This document shows positions 37,097 to 46,672 of a stretch of 47,693 nt of DNA, piece by piece. The notes under the pieces are model-generated. The model did no database searches and had not been told where the DNA came from. It was given only the letters and a program-made list of their open reading frames with translations. A program made the position numbers and the translations under genes. Every line of letters starts with the position of its first letter. Within the stretch, counting starts at the first letter, position 1. The stretch comes from an uncultured bacterium (GTDB lineage: Bacteria > Chloroflexota > Dehalococcoidia > UBA2979), in contig CAXGQC010000003.1 in assembly GCA_964011795.1 (NCBI GenBank), positions 1 through 47,693 of the forward strand, given 5' to 3'.

Positions 37097-37327
37097 ATGG
37101 GTCTGAAACAACTTGAAGCACTAGTTGAAATTTTGCAACAGGAAATCGAAAAAGGTCGGCGTGAAAACAATGTTTTGGGTACCTGGCACATTCATTATGA
37201 GAAGCAAGATGAAAAACCAGTATTCTCTTTTAACAAATGTGAAAGTGAAGTCTACTGCGAAGAAAGACCTACGGTATTCTCCGTCGACGGTGAACTCATC
37301 GACGCCGGTGGTCCGCTCTTTGGCTAG
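37097..37327 (+). CDS. Small hypothetical protein (76 aa)
   Basis: AAGG SD; fills an intergenic gap; protein-like composition (WHIHYE, KCESEVYCEE, GGPLFG). Confidence 0.7.
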   Translation: MGLKQLEALVEILQQEIEKGRRENNVLGTWHIHYEKQDEKPVFSFNKCESEVYCEERPTVFSVDGELIDAGGPLFG

Positions 37328-38631
37328 CCTCGCTGCTGTTGCTCATCCAAGGCTTTTGCTTTGTATTCGTCAATGAGCGCCTGCGGTTTTTTTGAGGAAA
37401 AATACAAGGGGATAGAGAGAGCACCCACAGCAGCCGCCAAAAACCAACCCCAGGTGTAGTGATCCGTCAGGTCTAGGGATACACCAATAAGGATAGGGCC
37501 AACCGTGCCTCCGATAGTTGAGATAAATCGCTCAGTCCCCATCAACCTGCCGAAAGATGCCGTGCCGTAGAAATCGGCAATCACGAGTGAGCGAAGTGGC
37601 ACTGATCCACCGAACCCAATGGCACTGATTACGAGTCCAACAAAGGCAATCCAAACTCCCGAACCATCAGCAAGCAAAATCCCCACTGACAACAGAGGCA
37701 GACCAAGGGTCAGTATTATGGCACACAGACCTAACAGCTTCACCGGTTCATAACGATCACCTTGAAAGCCCAGAATAATCCGTCCGAAAATTGAGGAAAC
37801 TGTCAGCGCGGTAATTGTTAGGCCTGCAGCCCCTTTGGTGAGTCCGTATTCATGTTCGAAATATGAAAAGGCCAGAGTTAGCAGACTTGTCATTGCAAAT
37901 CCATTGGCTATAAACCCTGCCATGAGCATGCTGAATGATCGTGTCCTCATAGCCACCTTTAGCGGGAGGCCCCAGTTATGTACCATCTGCACCGAATCAT
38001 CTTGGATTTCCGGCAAACCATCCATGGGCTGATCATGATCAGTGGGCCGTGTCCGTACGAAAGTAGCGAACAAAAGGCCCGATACAATGACAAAAATCGC
38101 GAGTAACTGTAATGCCGATCTCCACCCAAGCGTCCCAACTGCCAAAGCAACAATCGGCACTGCAAGTCCACCAAGTGATCCCCCGAGCGTCGACAAGGTC
38201 AAGGCCCGGGCTCGGCGTCTCTCGAACCAAGTGACTATTGCTGCGAATCCACACAGATTGCCGGCAGTACTCGATCCCAAAGACACGATAGCCATCACAA
38301 CAAAAAATTGCCAGAGTGAATTCATATGAGACATCAGATAAAGCCCGATCGCCGTCAGCGCGATCCCGGTAAGAAGCACTCTTCTTGGCCCTAATTTATC
38401 AATTGCCCAGCCGACAAATGGCGCTGATATTCCGCCAACTTCAGTTCGGACTGAGGACCCTGCAAACGTTACCCATGCGGCCCATCCGAATTCAGTGATT
38501 AGGTCATTCAGGAATGTATTCATCCCATAAAAGACCGTAGCCGCGGCCGTTGCAGTAGTCGCCCCTGAGGCAGCCACCACAAACCAGCCTCTGTATATCC
38601 CGCCTGTTGAGAGTCTTGGACGCGCAGTCAT
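37324..38631 (-). CDS. MFS transporter (OFA/MCT-like)
   Basis: IYRGWFVV, GWAIDKLGPRRV, WFERRRARA, ADFYGTASFG; about 12 TM. Confidence 0.9.
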   Translation of the reverse strand: MTARPRLSTGGIYRGWFVVAASGATTATAAATVFYGMNTFLNDLITEFGWAAWVTFAGSSVRTEVGGISAPFVGWAIDKLGPRRVLLTGIALTAIGLYLMSHMNSLWQFFVVMAIVSLGSSTAGNLCGFAAIVTWFERRRARALTLSTLGGSLGGLAVPIVALAVGTLGWRSALQLLAIFVIVSGLLFATFVRTRPTDHDQPMDGLPEIQDDSVQMVHNWGLPLKVAMRTRSFSMLMAGFIANGFAMTSLLTLAFSYFEHEYGLTKGAAGLTITALTVSSIFGRIILGFQGDRYEPVKLLGLCAIILTLGLPLLSVGILLADGSGVWIAFVGLVISAIGFGGSVPLRSLVIADFYGTASFGRLMGTERFISTIGGTVGPILIGVSLDLTDHYTWGWFLAAAVGALSIPLYFSSKKPQALIDEYKAKALDEQQQRG

Positions 38632-38697
38632 TTAGTCATGCTAGTGCGATCGGGACTCATAGGCCAAGGAAGCATACAATTGATCCAGGTGGGATTC

Positions 38698-39774
38698 ATG
38701 AATAAAGCGTCGGTTGGTAACTATTATGAAGACCTCACAATGGGGAGAGTCTTAGTTCACCCAACACCACGGACTATCACTGAAGGTGATGCTTCGCTCT
38801 ATCTTTCTTTGACCGCATCTCGGTATCCACTCTTCTGCGACGCAACATTTGCCCAAAGCCTTGGCTTGAAGAGAGAGCCAGTTAATGACCTGCTACTGTT
38901 CCATATCGTGTTCGGCAAATCTGTCCCTGATATATCACTGAATGCGGTGGCTAACTTAGGCTATGCCGATGTCCGTTTCGGAAAACCTGCGTACATCGGG
39001 GATACAATTCATGCTCAGAGTGAGGTGATAGGTAGAAGAGAGTCAAGTGGCGGCGATACAGGTATCATTTGGGTCCGCACTGTCGGATTGAACCAGAATA
39101 ATGAGGAAGTGTTAACGCTTATCCGCTGGGTACTCGTCAACAAATCTGATCACAATCAGATATCAGAAGAGTCCATAACTCCTACCACTCCGGAATCCGT
39201 TTCACTGTCCGATTTGTATGTCCCAGAAGAGCTGAACCTCGATACATTTGATACCAGCGTGACGGGTGGGAATTGGTTCTGGGAGGATTATCAAGTTGGC
39301 GAGCGAATCCACCATATTGAGGGCGTTGCGATCGAGGAAGCGGAACATCAGATGGCCGCTCGTCTGTATCAGAACACTGCACGGGCACATTTCAATGCAC
39401 ATGCCTTGAAAAATTCAAGATTCGGGACCAGAGTGGCATATGGAGGTCATGTCATTTCGGTCGCCCGAGCCCTGTCATTTAACGGTCTAGAAAATGTGAT
39501 TCGAATACTGGCTTTCAACGGTGGGACCCATTCCAGCCCAACACTAGCTGGTGACACCATCTATGCCTGGACTGATGTATTAGAGTCCATCGAACTTGAC
39601 CGTGACGATGCAGGAGCACTGAGGCTCAGGCTCGTCGCAACCAAAAATATTGACCCGTTTACTGAAAAAGTGGACCTGAAGTTCACGGATGACAAAGGAC
39701 GGGAACGGTATAGCCCTGAGGTAGTACTTGATCTCGATTACACGGTGCTTATTCCAAAAAAAAGCGGACAATAA
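38698..39774 (+). CDS. mch: Mesaconyl-CoA (2-methylfumaryl-CoA) hydratase, double MaoC hot-dog fold
   Basis: GNYYEDL, HPTPRTITEGD, FHIVFGKSVPDISLNAVANLGYA, WEDYQVGERIHH, RLYQNTARAHFN, YGGHVISVARALSFNGL. Confidence 0.85.
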   Translation: MNKASVGNYYEDLTMGRVLVHPTPRTITEGDASLYLSLTASRYPLFCDATFAQSLGLKREPVNDLLLFHIVFGKSVPDISLNAVANLGYADVRFGKPAYIGDTIHAQSEVIGRRESSGGDTGIIWVRTVGLNQNNEEVLTLIRWVLVNKSDHNQISEESITPTTPESVSLSDLYVPEELNLDTFDTSVTGGNWFWEDYQVGERIHHIEGVAIEEAEHQMAARLYQNTARAHFNAHALKNSRFGTRVAYGGHVISVARALSFNGLENVIRILAFNGGTHSSPTLAGDTIYAWTDVLESIELDRDDAGALRLRLVATKNIDPFTEKVDLKFTDDKGRERYSPEVVLDLDYTVLIPKKSGQ

Positions 39775-39790
39775 TATAAAGGGAGTTCAC

Positions 39791-41443
39791 ATGACCACAG
39801 TCTCAACAAATCCCGTTACCTCAGCTCGCACACTGGTGGATGCTGGGCAGGAACTCGTCGATAAAATTATCCGACATGCTGCAAATGTGACAGACGGCGG
39901 GAAACTCATTGACGAACATCAGGTACATACTGAGCGAGTGGCATATCTAGCTACTGAAATAAAGGCTGCCCAAGAACTGACGGCATATGTCGAACGAAGC
40001 AATGACCGAAATAATCTGGATGAGCGATCGGCCATAATGGCCATGTGCTACGCAGCCGAAGTGCTTCAAAAATTGCGGAACCAAGTTGAATCGGCCTGGG
40101 ATGACTTTGGTGTATCTGAATCGGACCTCAGTGAGATTAACTCCGACTCGTTGCGACAATTAATTCGGTCTGGACTGAACGAAGAAATTATCCGTAACGT
40201 CGGTCGAGAAGTCATTGAGACCGGTGGTGTGAATAACGTGGAACTAGAAGACGAAGTAGCCACACTCACCCGAGACGCTGCACGTGATTTTGCAAAAAAT
40301 GAAGTCGCACCTCTGGCTCAGGAAATCCATCGCAATGATTTACTCGTACCGGACGATCTGCTTTCGAAATTTTCTGCCCAGGGATTCTTTGGCTCCTCTA
40401 TTCCAGAGGAGTACGGCGGAACAGGCATGGGTGACTTGCCAATGATTATTATCACTGAAGAGCTCTCTGCAGCATCCCTTGCGGCAGCTGGCTCTTTAGC
40501 TACCCGCCCGGAAATTCTGGCAAAAGCGTTACTCGCTGGAGGAACTGAAGAACAAAAGCAATCATGGCTCCCAAAAATTGCAGCTGGTGAAGAACTAATT
40601 GCCGTGGCAGTAACAGAACCCGATACTGGCTCAGACGTTGCCAGCCTGCAAACTCGAGCCGAACCAGCCGAATACGAAGGACAACGAGGCTGGCGCATAA
40701 ATGGGGCCAAAGCCTGGAGTACCTTTTCCGGCCGTGCGACCACATTGGCCTTACTTGCCAGGACTAACCCTGACAGTCAGCTGGGTAGCAAGGGTCTTTC
40801 ACTATTCATGGTTAAAAAAGACCCATTTTATGGACACAGCTGGAAGTATGAACAGCCACAAGGTGGTGTCATGGAGGCAACTGCCAACCCGACGTTGGGA
40901 TATAGAGGGATGCATTCCTTCAATATAGGTATCGACGATTTCTGGGTGCCTCATGACTGCCTCGTGGGAGAGGATACCGGCGTCGACAGGGGATTCTATC
41001 TGCAGATGGGCGGATTCGCTGCCGGACGAATTCAAACAGGCGGCCGGGCGTGCGGACTGATACAGGCGGCAATAGAAAAAGTGTGCCAGTACGTTAGTCA
41101 ACGAACTCAGTTTGGACAAACACTTGCAGATTATCAACTCACCCAATATATGATTGGGAGAATGGCCATTCGATTGGCTGCATCACGCCACATCACCTAT
41201 GCGGCTGCACGGGTATTCGACACCAGAGCCGTGGAGCCGTCGATGGCTAAATTGCTGTCGTGTGACGTAGCTGGGGAAGTCACTCGCGAAGCCCAACTTC
41301 TGCATGGAGGTTGGGGTTATTCGGAAGAGGATGCTTCCTCACGATACGTCGTAGATGCTCTCGTGCTACCTATTTTCGAAGGGACAAAACCAATACTCGA
41401 ACTCAAGGTGATTGGTCGGAGTCTGCTTGCCCAAGCAAATTGA
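39791..41443 (+). CDS. mcd: (2S)-methylsuccinyl-CoA dehydrogenase-like acyl-CoA dehydrogenase
   Basis: About 550 aa ACAD with N-terminal extension; EELSAASL, GSLATRPEI, TEPDTGSD, LGYRGM, GRIQTGGRA; directly follows mch. Confidence 0.78.
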   Translation: MTTVSTNPVTSARTLVDAGQELVDKIIRHAANVTDGGKLIDEHQVHTERVAYLATEIKAAQELTAYVERSNDRNNLDERSAIMAMCYAAEVLQKLRNQVESAWDDFGVSESDLSEINSDSLRQLIRSGLNEEIIRNVGREVIETGGVNNVELEDEVATLTRDAARDFAKNEVAPLAQEIHRNDLLVPDDLLSKFSAQGFFGSSIPEEYGGTGMGDLPMIIITEELSAASLAAAGSLATRPEILAKALLAGGTEEQKQSWLPKIAAGEELIAVAVTEPDTGSDVASLQTRAEPAEYEGQRGWRINGAKAWSTFSGRATTLALLARTNPDSQLGSKGLSLFMVKKDPFYGHSWKYEQPQGGVMEATANPTLGYRGMHSFNIGIDDFWVPHDCLVGEDTGVDRGFYLQMGGFAAGRIQTGGRACGLIQAAIEKVCQYVSQRTQFGQTLADYQLTQYMIGRMAIRLAASRHITYAAARVFDTRAVEPSMAKLLSCDVAGEVTREAQLLHGGWGYSEEDASSRYVVDALVLPIFEGTKPILELKVIGRSLLAQAN

Positions 41444-41449
41444 CCAGAG

Positions 41450-42586
41450 TTATACGCGAACAGACTCCCAGTCATCGAGACCATATTGTTCGAGGGCTTC
41501 AGATCTGAATCCAAATCCAATACCAGGACGATCCGGCAATACTAGGGACCCGTCCCTGACTTCGGTCTGATGATCGATCACCCTTCGAAATGACAATACT
41601 TGATCGTCCGGAAAGAATTCGACAAATGTACCGTTCGGTAATCCCGCAACTAAGTGCAAGTGCAGATCGTGGAACCAATGGGGTGCTACTGAAATCCCAT
41701 ATGAACCAGCCGTTGCTGCAATCCGTCGGAACTCAGTGATTCCACCCAATACGGCCGCATCGGGCTGGATAATCATCGCAGCTTTCTTATCAAGTAATTC
41801 CTTGAAACGCCATCGGCCTGCCTCGATTTCGCCTGTTGCGATGGGAACATGTGTCCTGCTGGCAAGCTCCCCGTGCATGTCAATTTCATCCGGGGAAAAC
41901 GGCTCTTCCATCCAATATGGATCGTAAGGCTCATATGCCCGTCTCATGTATTGAAGCGCAGTTTCAAGATTTTGGAATGCATTATTTGCGTCGAGCATTA
42001 AGGCAACGTCATCACCAATCGCGGCTCTCGCCACACGCATTCGCTCGGCCTCTTCTGATATAGACAGACGTCCAACCTTTATCTTGACTGCCTTGAAACC
42101 TTGATCAACATAACTCGTCAGTTCCTGAGCGAGTCCGTCATAAGATTTGCCGTCCAGATAGTATCCACCGGATGCATAGGCCGGCACAACATCCTTGTAG
42201 AATCCTCCGAGCAACTTCCAAAGAGGAAGTCCTACAGACTTTGCGTTGTGGTCCCAGAGAGCAATATCAATTGCTGAGATCGCCCGGACCACAGCACCTG
42301 CACGGCCATGCAGCAGGGCCTCCTGATACATATCTTTCCAGAGTCCTTCAACCCGAAATGGATCCTCTCCAAGAATAACTGGAGCGAGCAGCTCTCTAAT
42401 TGTCTGCGTCACCAATGCCCCGTTTGAATTACCCGCGTAGCAGAAGCCAACACCTGTGTGACCATCATCGCACTCGATCTCAACAATAGGATGATCCCTA
42501 AAATATACCGTCCGATTTGAAAAGGACGTGGGGTTATCGAGTGGAATGCGAAGCGTACGGGAGCGAATTTCTGTAATTTGAGTCAT
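41450..42586 (-). CDS. Mandelate racemase/muconate lactonizing enzyme family protein
   Basis: AIDIALWD, KAVKIKVG, LMLDAN, WMEEP, ATGE, QPDA, APHW. Confidence 0.9.
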   Translation of the reverse strand: MTQITEIRSRTLRIPLDNPTSFSNRTVYFRDHPIVEIECDDGHTGVGFCYAGNSNGALVTQTIRELLAPVILGEDPFRVEGLWKDMYQEALLHGRAGAVVRAISAIDIALWDHNAKSVGLPLWKLLGGFYKDVVPAYASGGYYLDGKSYDGLAQELTSYVDQGFKAVKIKVGRLSISEEAERMRVARAAIGDDVALMLDANNAFQNLETALQYMRRAYEPYDPYWMEEPFSPDEIDMHGELASRTHVPIATGEIEAGRWRFKELLDKKAAMIIQPDAAVLGGITEFRRIAATAGSYGISVAPHWFHDLHLHLVAGLPNGTFVEFFPDDQVLSFRRVIDHQTEVRDGSLVLPDRPGIGFGFRSEALEQYGLDDWESVRV

Positions 42587-42698
42587 AGGATAAGTTCTCT
42601 CTCTTCATGCAAGTATTCTGCCTCGTGCAACTGAGTCATTCAGCAAAAAACATCTTGTTTGAGGGTTCATAATAGAGAAGCCGTGCGATACTATCGAC

Positions 42699-43901
42699 AT
42701 GGCGAATTCCGATTTTGATCCCCTGTCACTGTATCTGCATATTCCGTTTTGTTCATCAAAATGCGGCTACTGCGATTTCAATTCGTATGAGGGCCTTGAT
42801 CATCTGGTGCCTGAATATACTCCGGCATTATTGTCCGAAATCGAGTTATGGAGTGCCGCTGCTAAGTCCTACGCTCTTCGGACCATTTTTTTCGGGGGAG
42901 GCACGCCGTCCCTTACCGACCTCGAAGATATTAAGGAAATTCTCCGGTCTGTCCACGCTAATTACCAACTTATGGAGACAGTCGAGTGCTCACTTGAAGC
43001 AAATCCAACTGAACTCACTCTCGAACACTTAACTGGACTCCGTGAGTTGGGGATAAATCGGTTATCAATGGGTGTCCAAAGTATGAATGAAGAGGAACTG
43101 CTACTGCTCGAACGTGATCATTCCCCTGAAAGGGTACTAGATGCTGTCGCGGACGCGAGGGCCGCAGGGTTTGACAACATTAACCTCGATCTGATGTTCG
43201 GGTTGCCCGATCAGACGCTTGAAACGTGGCAGCAAAGTGTAAGGACAATTGTCAGCTTGGGCACGGAACATCTCTCCTGCTACGCGCTGACGGTGGAGCC
43301 AGGAACCGCCCTCTACTATCAGGTTCAGAAGGGCTTCACGCCTGAACCCGATCCAGATATGGCTGCTGAACAGTATGAATGGACTCAGGACTACCTAAAA
43401 GAAAATGGATATGTACAGTACGAAATCTCAAATTGGTCCAAACCTGGCAAGGAATGTCAGCACAATATTGTCTACTGGAATGCTGCACCCTACCTCGGAA
43501 TTGGTGCGGGTGCGCACTCGTTCTTCGCCGGCCAACGATTCGGGAATACGGATGCCCCAAACCGTTATATTGAACAAGTAATTGAAACAAAACTGGAGAG
43601 AGATAACAAAGGTCGCGCGACAATGAGACAAATTGCAGGAGGTGAGACTCCAGACCGTGAGACTTTGATATCCGACGCGATCATTCTTGGCCTACGACTC
43701 TTGCAGGGGGTCAATGAAGATGAATTCGAGACGCGACACGGAGTAAGGCCTAGCGCATATTTTGCTAAACAGTTTTCAAAACATGCCGATAATGGTCTTA
43801 TTGAACTGGAGGAAAATTCGGTGAAGCTTTCTGCTCGGGGGCTACTACTTTCCAATGAAGTTTTCATAGATTTAATTCCTGATAGAGAGGTAGTCAGTTG
43901 A
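42699..43901 (+). CDS. hemW: Radical SAM heme chaperone HemW
   Basis: LYLHIPFCSSKCGYCDFNS, FFGGGTPS, EANP, YEISNW, HNIVYW, GIGAGAHS. Confidence 0.92.
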   Translation: MANSDFDPLSLYLHIPFCSSKCGYCDFNSYEGLDHLVPEYTPALLSEIELWSAAAKSYALRTIFFGGGTPSLTDLEDIKEILRSVHANYQLMETVECSLEANPTELTLEHLTGLRELGINRLSMGVQSMNEEELLLLERDHSPERVLDAVADARAAGFDNINLDLMFGLPDQTLETWQQSVRTIVSLGTEHLSCYALTVEPGTALYYQVQKGFTPEPDPDMAAEQYEWTQDYLKENGYVQYEISNWSKPGKECQHNIVYWNAAPYLGIGAGAHSFFAGQRFGNTDAPNRYIEQVIETKLERDNKGRATMRQIAGGETPDRETLISDAIILGLRLLQGVNEDEFETRHGVRPSAYFAKQFSKHADNGLIELEENSVKLSARGLLLSNEVFIDLIPDREVVS

Positions 43902-43914
43902 GACGAGCCTTGAT

Positions 43915-44193
43915 GTGTTAGAAATTTTCCGATGTACCGAGTGTGGCCGGGAAGTCGTGGTCCGAAAACCGGGACCTATGTCTCCCAAAGAGGTAGCGAG
44001 ACGAAAGCTAGCTGAGATGAGGCCGAACATCAGAGGGACACGTGGGACAAGTCCGGTTAATGATCAACTTAGAGATGACATATGGGCTGCGATCTCCACG
44101 CAGCGGACTGAAATCCCCAGACTCGAGGCACCTGATCGTTGCCCCGCTTGTAAGGGACAAACTCTCGAATCAGTGAGACATATTGAACAATAA
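43915..44193 (+). CDS. Small zinc-ribbon-type hypothetical protein
   Basis: CTECG ... CPACKG; fills the gap between hemW and selB on the same strand. Confidence 0.7.
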   Translation: MLEIFRCTECGREVVVRKPGPMSPKEVARRKLAEMRPNIRGTRGTSPVNDQLRDDIWAAISTQRTEIPRLEAPDRCPACKGQTLESVRHIEQ

Positions 44194-44213
44194 GTACCGG
44201 GGGTAACGCCGCA

Positions 44214-46085
44214 ATGTTTGTAATTGGAACAGCCGGCCACGTTGATCATGGCAAGAGTGCGCTGATCGAGCGTCTGACCGGAGTTCATCCTGACAGGCTA
44301 CAACAAGAGCAAGAGAGAGGCCTGACAATCGAGTTGGGATTTGGATGGCTCGAGCTGCCCTCAGGCACCGAAATTTCACTGATCGATGTACCGGGTCACA
44401 TCAGGTTCGTACGACACATGCTAGCCGGAATTGGTGGGATAGATGCGGTCCTCCTTATCATTGCTGCCGATGAAGGAATAATGCCTCAGACACTGGAACA
44501 TCTCTCAATCCTCAGGTTAATGAATATAGATAAGGGATTAGTGGTACTCACCAAATCAGATCTTGTTGACTCTGACTGGCTGGACCTAATCACTGATGAA
44601 ATTCGTGGCGTACTAAGTGAAACCGGCTTGAATACTGCGCCTATTCTAACTACGTCGGCGGCCACTGGAGATGGATTTGATGAACTGCTGACCGAAATTG
44701 ATCGACTCTGCAATAATCTACCGTCCCCTAGGAACATTGATCGCCCGCGGCTATCAGTGGATCGATGCTTCACGATGTCAGGATTCGGCACTGTTGTCAC
44801 TGGTACATTACTCGATGGACCCATAGCGGTGGGAGATATGCTTGAGCTTTCGCCCATTGGGCAGACAGTCAGAGTCCGAGGCGTGCAAACGCACGGGAGC
44901 GATTTAGACAAGGCGCTGCCCGGAAGTAGAGTAGCGGTAAACCTCACTGGAGTCTCCGTAGATGACGTCTCAAGAGGCATGGTCCTCTCACGGCCTGGCA
45001 CCGTACAAAAGACATCTTCATTTGACGCCACGATAAATTTACTCGGCAAAGCACCTTTGAAACATAATCAAAAGGTACACGTACATTGTGGCGCCGCTGA
45101 AATTCAGGGGCGGGTAAGACTAGTTGGAACGGATACGACCGAAAACCATGAGCCAGAATTTGTTCAGATACTACTATCTGAACCGCTGGCTACAGCCGAA
45201 GGTGAGCTATACATAATACGTGTCTCTGATCAGACAATTGGAGGAGGTAAAATCCTGTCGATCAACCCGGCTCGTCATCGAAGATCCGACAAATCAATTA
45301 TTGAACCTCTATCTGCACTATCCAGCGGTAGTTTTGAATCAAAACTATTGACTACTATCCGTCAAATACAACCGACCCCACTATCTGGAATTGTTGAGCT
45401 GCTGACTGAATCATCTACAAAGATCGACTCTACTCTGGGCAATCTGATCGAGAGCAAAAGCGTTTTAGAGCTCAAAACATCGGATGCTAATGCCGTATAC
45501 ATCACAAGTGATTGGTTGGAATCTACTAAAGAATATATCGGGCGCCTAATTGACCAACACCTTGAGGTTTGGCCTTTGAGGGCAGGGATACCTCGTGAAG
45601 AACTGAGAGCAAACCTCAGCTTAGATGCGGGGATTTATAGCTTGATACTACAACTCCTTGAAGAGTATGACATCAAGGCAAACTCTGACGTGGTGACTCG
45701 ATCGAGTTGGGTGCCGCAACTAAGCGACTCACAAAAAACCGCCGTAGCAGACTTCGTAGATTCTCTGAAGTCAGCTGGATATGCACCTAACCGAACCGAT
45801 ATAGACCCAGAGCTCACTCAGTATTTAGAGCGCGAACGGATAGTTAAAAATCTAGGAGACGGTGTAATTTTCGAGATTGGAAATTATGAATCAGCACGAG
45901 ACACTGTCCTTGAACTGCTTGAAAAATCTAATGATTCGTCGCTCGGTGTAATCAGAGATGCTTTGAGCACTAACAGAAGAATTACTCAGGCACTACTAGA
46001 AACTATGGACAAAGAAGGATTGACTGCTCGGATTGGTGATGGTCGAAAAATTACCGAACGAGGGAGAACACTTCGTGGAATCTAA
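44214..46085 (+). CDS. selB: Selenocysteine-specific elongation factor SelB
   Basis: IGTAGHVDHGKS, DRLQQEQERGLTIELGF, DVPGH, DRCFTMSGFGTVVTGT, winged-helix C-terminus. Confidence 0.96.
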   Translation: MFVIGTAGHVDHGKSALIERLTGVHPDRLQQEQERGLTIELGFGWLELPSGTEISLIDVPGHIRFVRHMLAGIGGIDAVLLIIAADEGIMPQTLEHLSILRLMNIDKGLVVLTKSDLVDSDWLDLITDEIRGVLSETGLNTAPILTTSAATGDGFDELLTEIDRLCNNLPSPRNIDRPRLSVDRCFTMSGFGTVVTGTLLDGPIAVGDMLELSPIGQTVRVRGVQTHGSDLDKALPGSRVAVNLTGVSVDDVSRGMVLSRPGTVQKTSSFDATINLLGKAPLKHNQKVHVHCGAAEIQGRVRLVGTDTTENHEPEFVQILLSEPLATAEGELYIIRVSDQTIGGGKILSINPARHRRSDKSIIEPLSALSSGSFESKLLTTIRQIQPTPLSGIVELLTESSTKIDSTLGNLIESKSVLELKTSDANAVYITSDWLESTKEYIGRLIDQHLEVWPLRAGIPREELRANLSLDAGIYSLILQLLEEYDIKANSDVVTRSSWVPQLSDSQKTAVADFVDSLKSAGYAPNRTDIDPELTQYLERERIVKNLGDGVIFEIGNYESARDTVLELLEKSNDSSLGVIRDALSTNRRITQALLETMDKEGLTARIGDGRKITERGRTLRGI

Positions 46086-46093
46086 TTGCCATA

Positions 46094-46666
46094 CTACTCC
46101 TGCCAGAAGTTGCCAATTCTGACTAAAAGCACTCCTAACATTATTGCTAGTAGACCAAGTATTCGGAGAGGCGAAAACAAAGTGGTCGGATTTCCGAAAG
46201 CGCCTATGTGATCGAGTATTACACCACCTATAGCAGAGCCCAAGGTAACCGCGACGAAAAATTCGGCGACCCCAATTCGCGGAACTAAGTAAGCCGCACC
46301 TACGATGAGCGCGAGGCCAAATAGACCAGAACAAAAAGACCACCACGGTAAATTATTGGCTACTGTCACGAGACCTATACTTCCGACTAGAGTAATAATG
46401 ATTAGCCATTCATATCGAATGATGGAATTAAATGCGCTGTAGTCGGCCCCACTAAACACTCGATTTGCTACCACTAATAAGCCAAGTACCGACAGAGTCG
46501 TTAATCCTGAAAACCAGGCAATCTGGAGAGAGCCTCTCTCTCTCCCTAGTGACCCGAGTATTGACCACTGAGTCGCCATAGCTAACCCAATTAAAACCGC
46601 CAACAGCAAGGACACCATAGTCAAATATTTCTTGTTACTACTAAGGAATCCAACGTATTTGTCCAA
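46094..46666 (-). CDS. DMT family (YdcZ-like) membrane transporter
   Basis: ATQ..I.GSLG, PWWSFCSGLFG, PRIG, ILDHIGAFG, RILG. Confidence 0.8.
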   Translation of the reverse strand: MDKYVGFLSSNKKYLTMVSLLLAVLIGLAMATQWSILGSLGRERGSLQIAWFSGLTTLSVLGLLVVANRVFSGADYSAFNSIIRYEWLIIITLVGSIGLVTVANNLPWWSFCSGLFGLALIVGAAYLVPRIGVAEFFVAVTLGSAIGGVILDHIGAFGNPTTLFSPLRILGLLAIMLGVLLVRIGNFWQE

Positions 46667-46672
46667 AAGATT

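Noticed and set aside
4674-43901. Additional Sec readthrough at several other UGA stops (nth, argB, ferredoxin, ECH, LLM, hemW)
   Set aside because: These proteins appear complete at the stop and the UGA does not align with a conserved Cys position.
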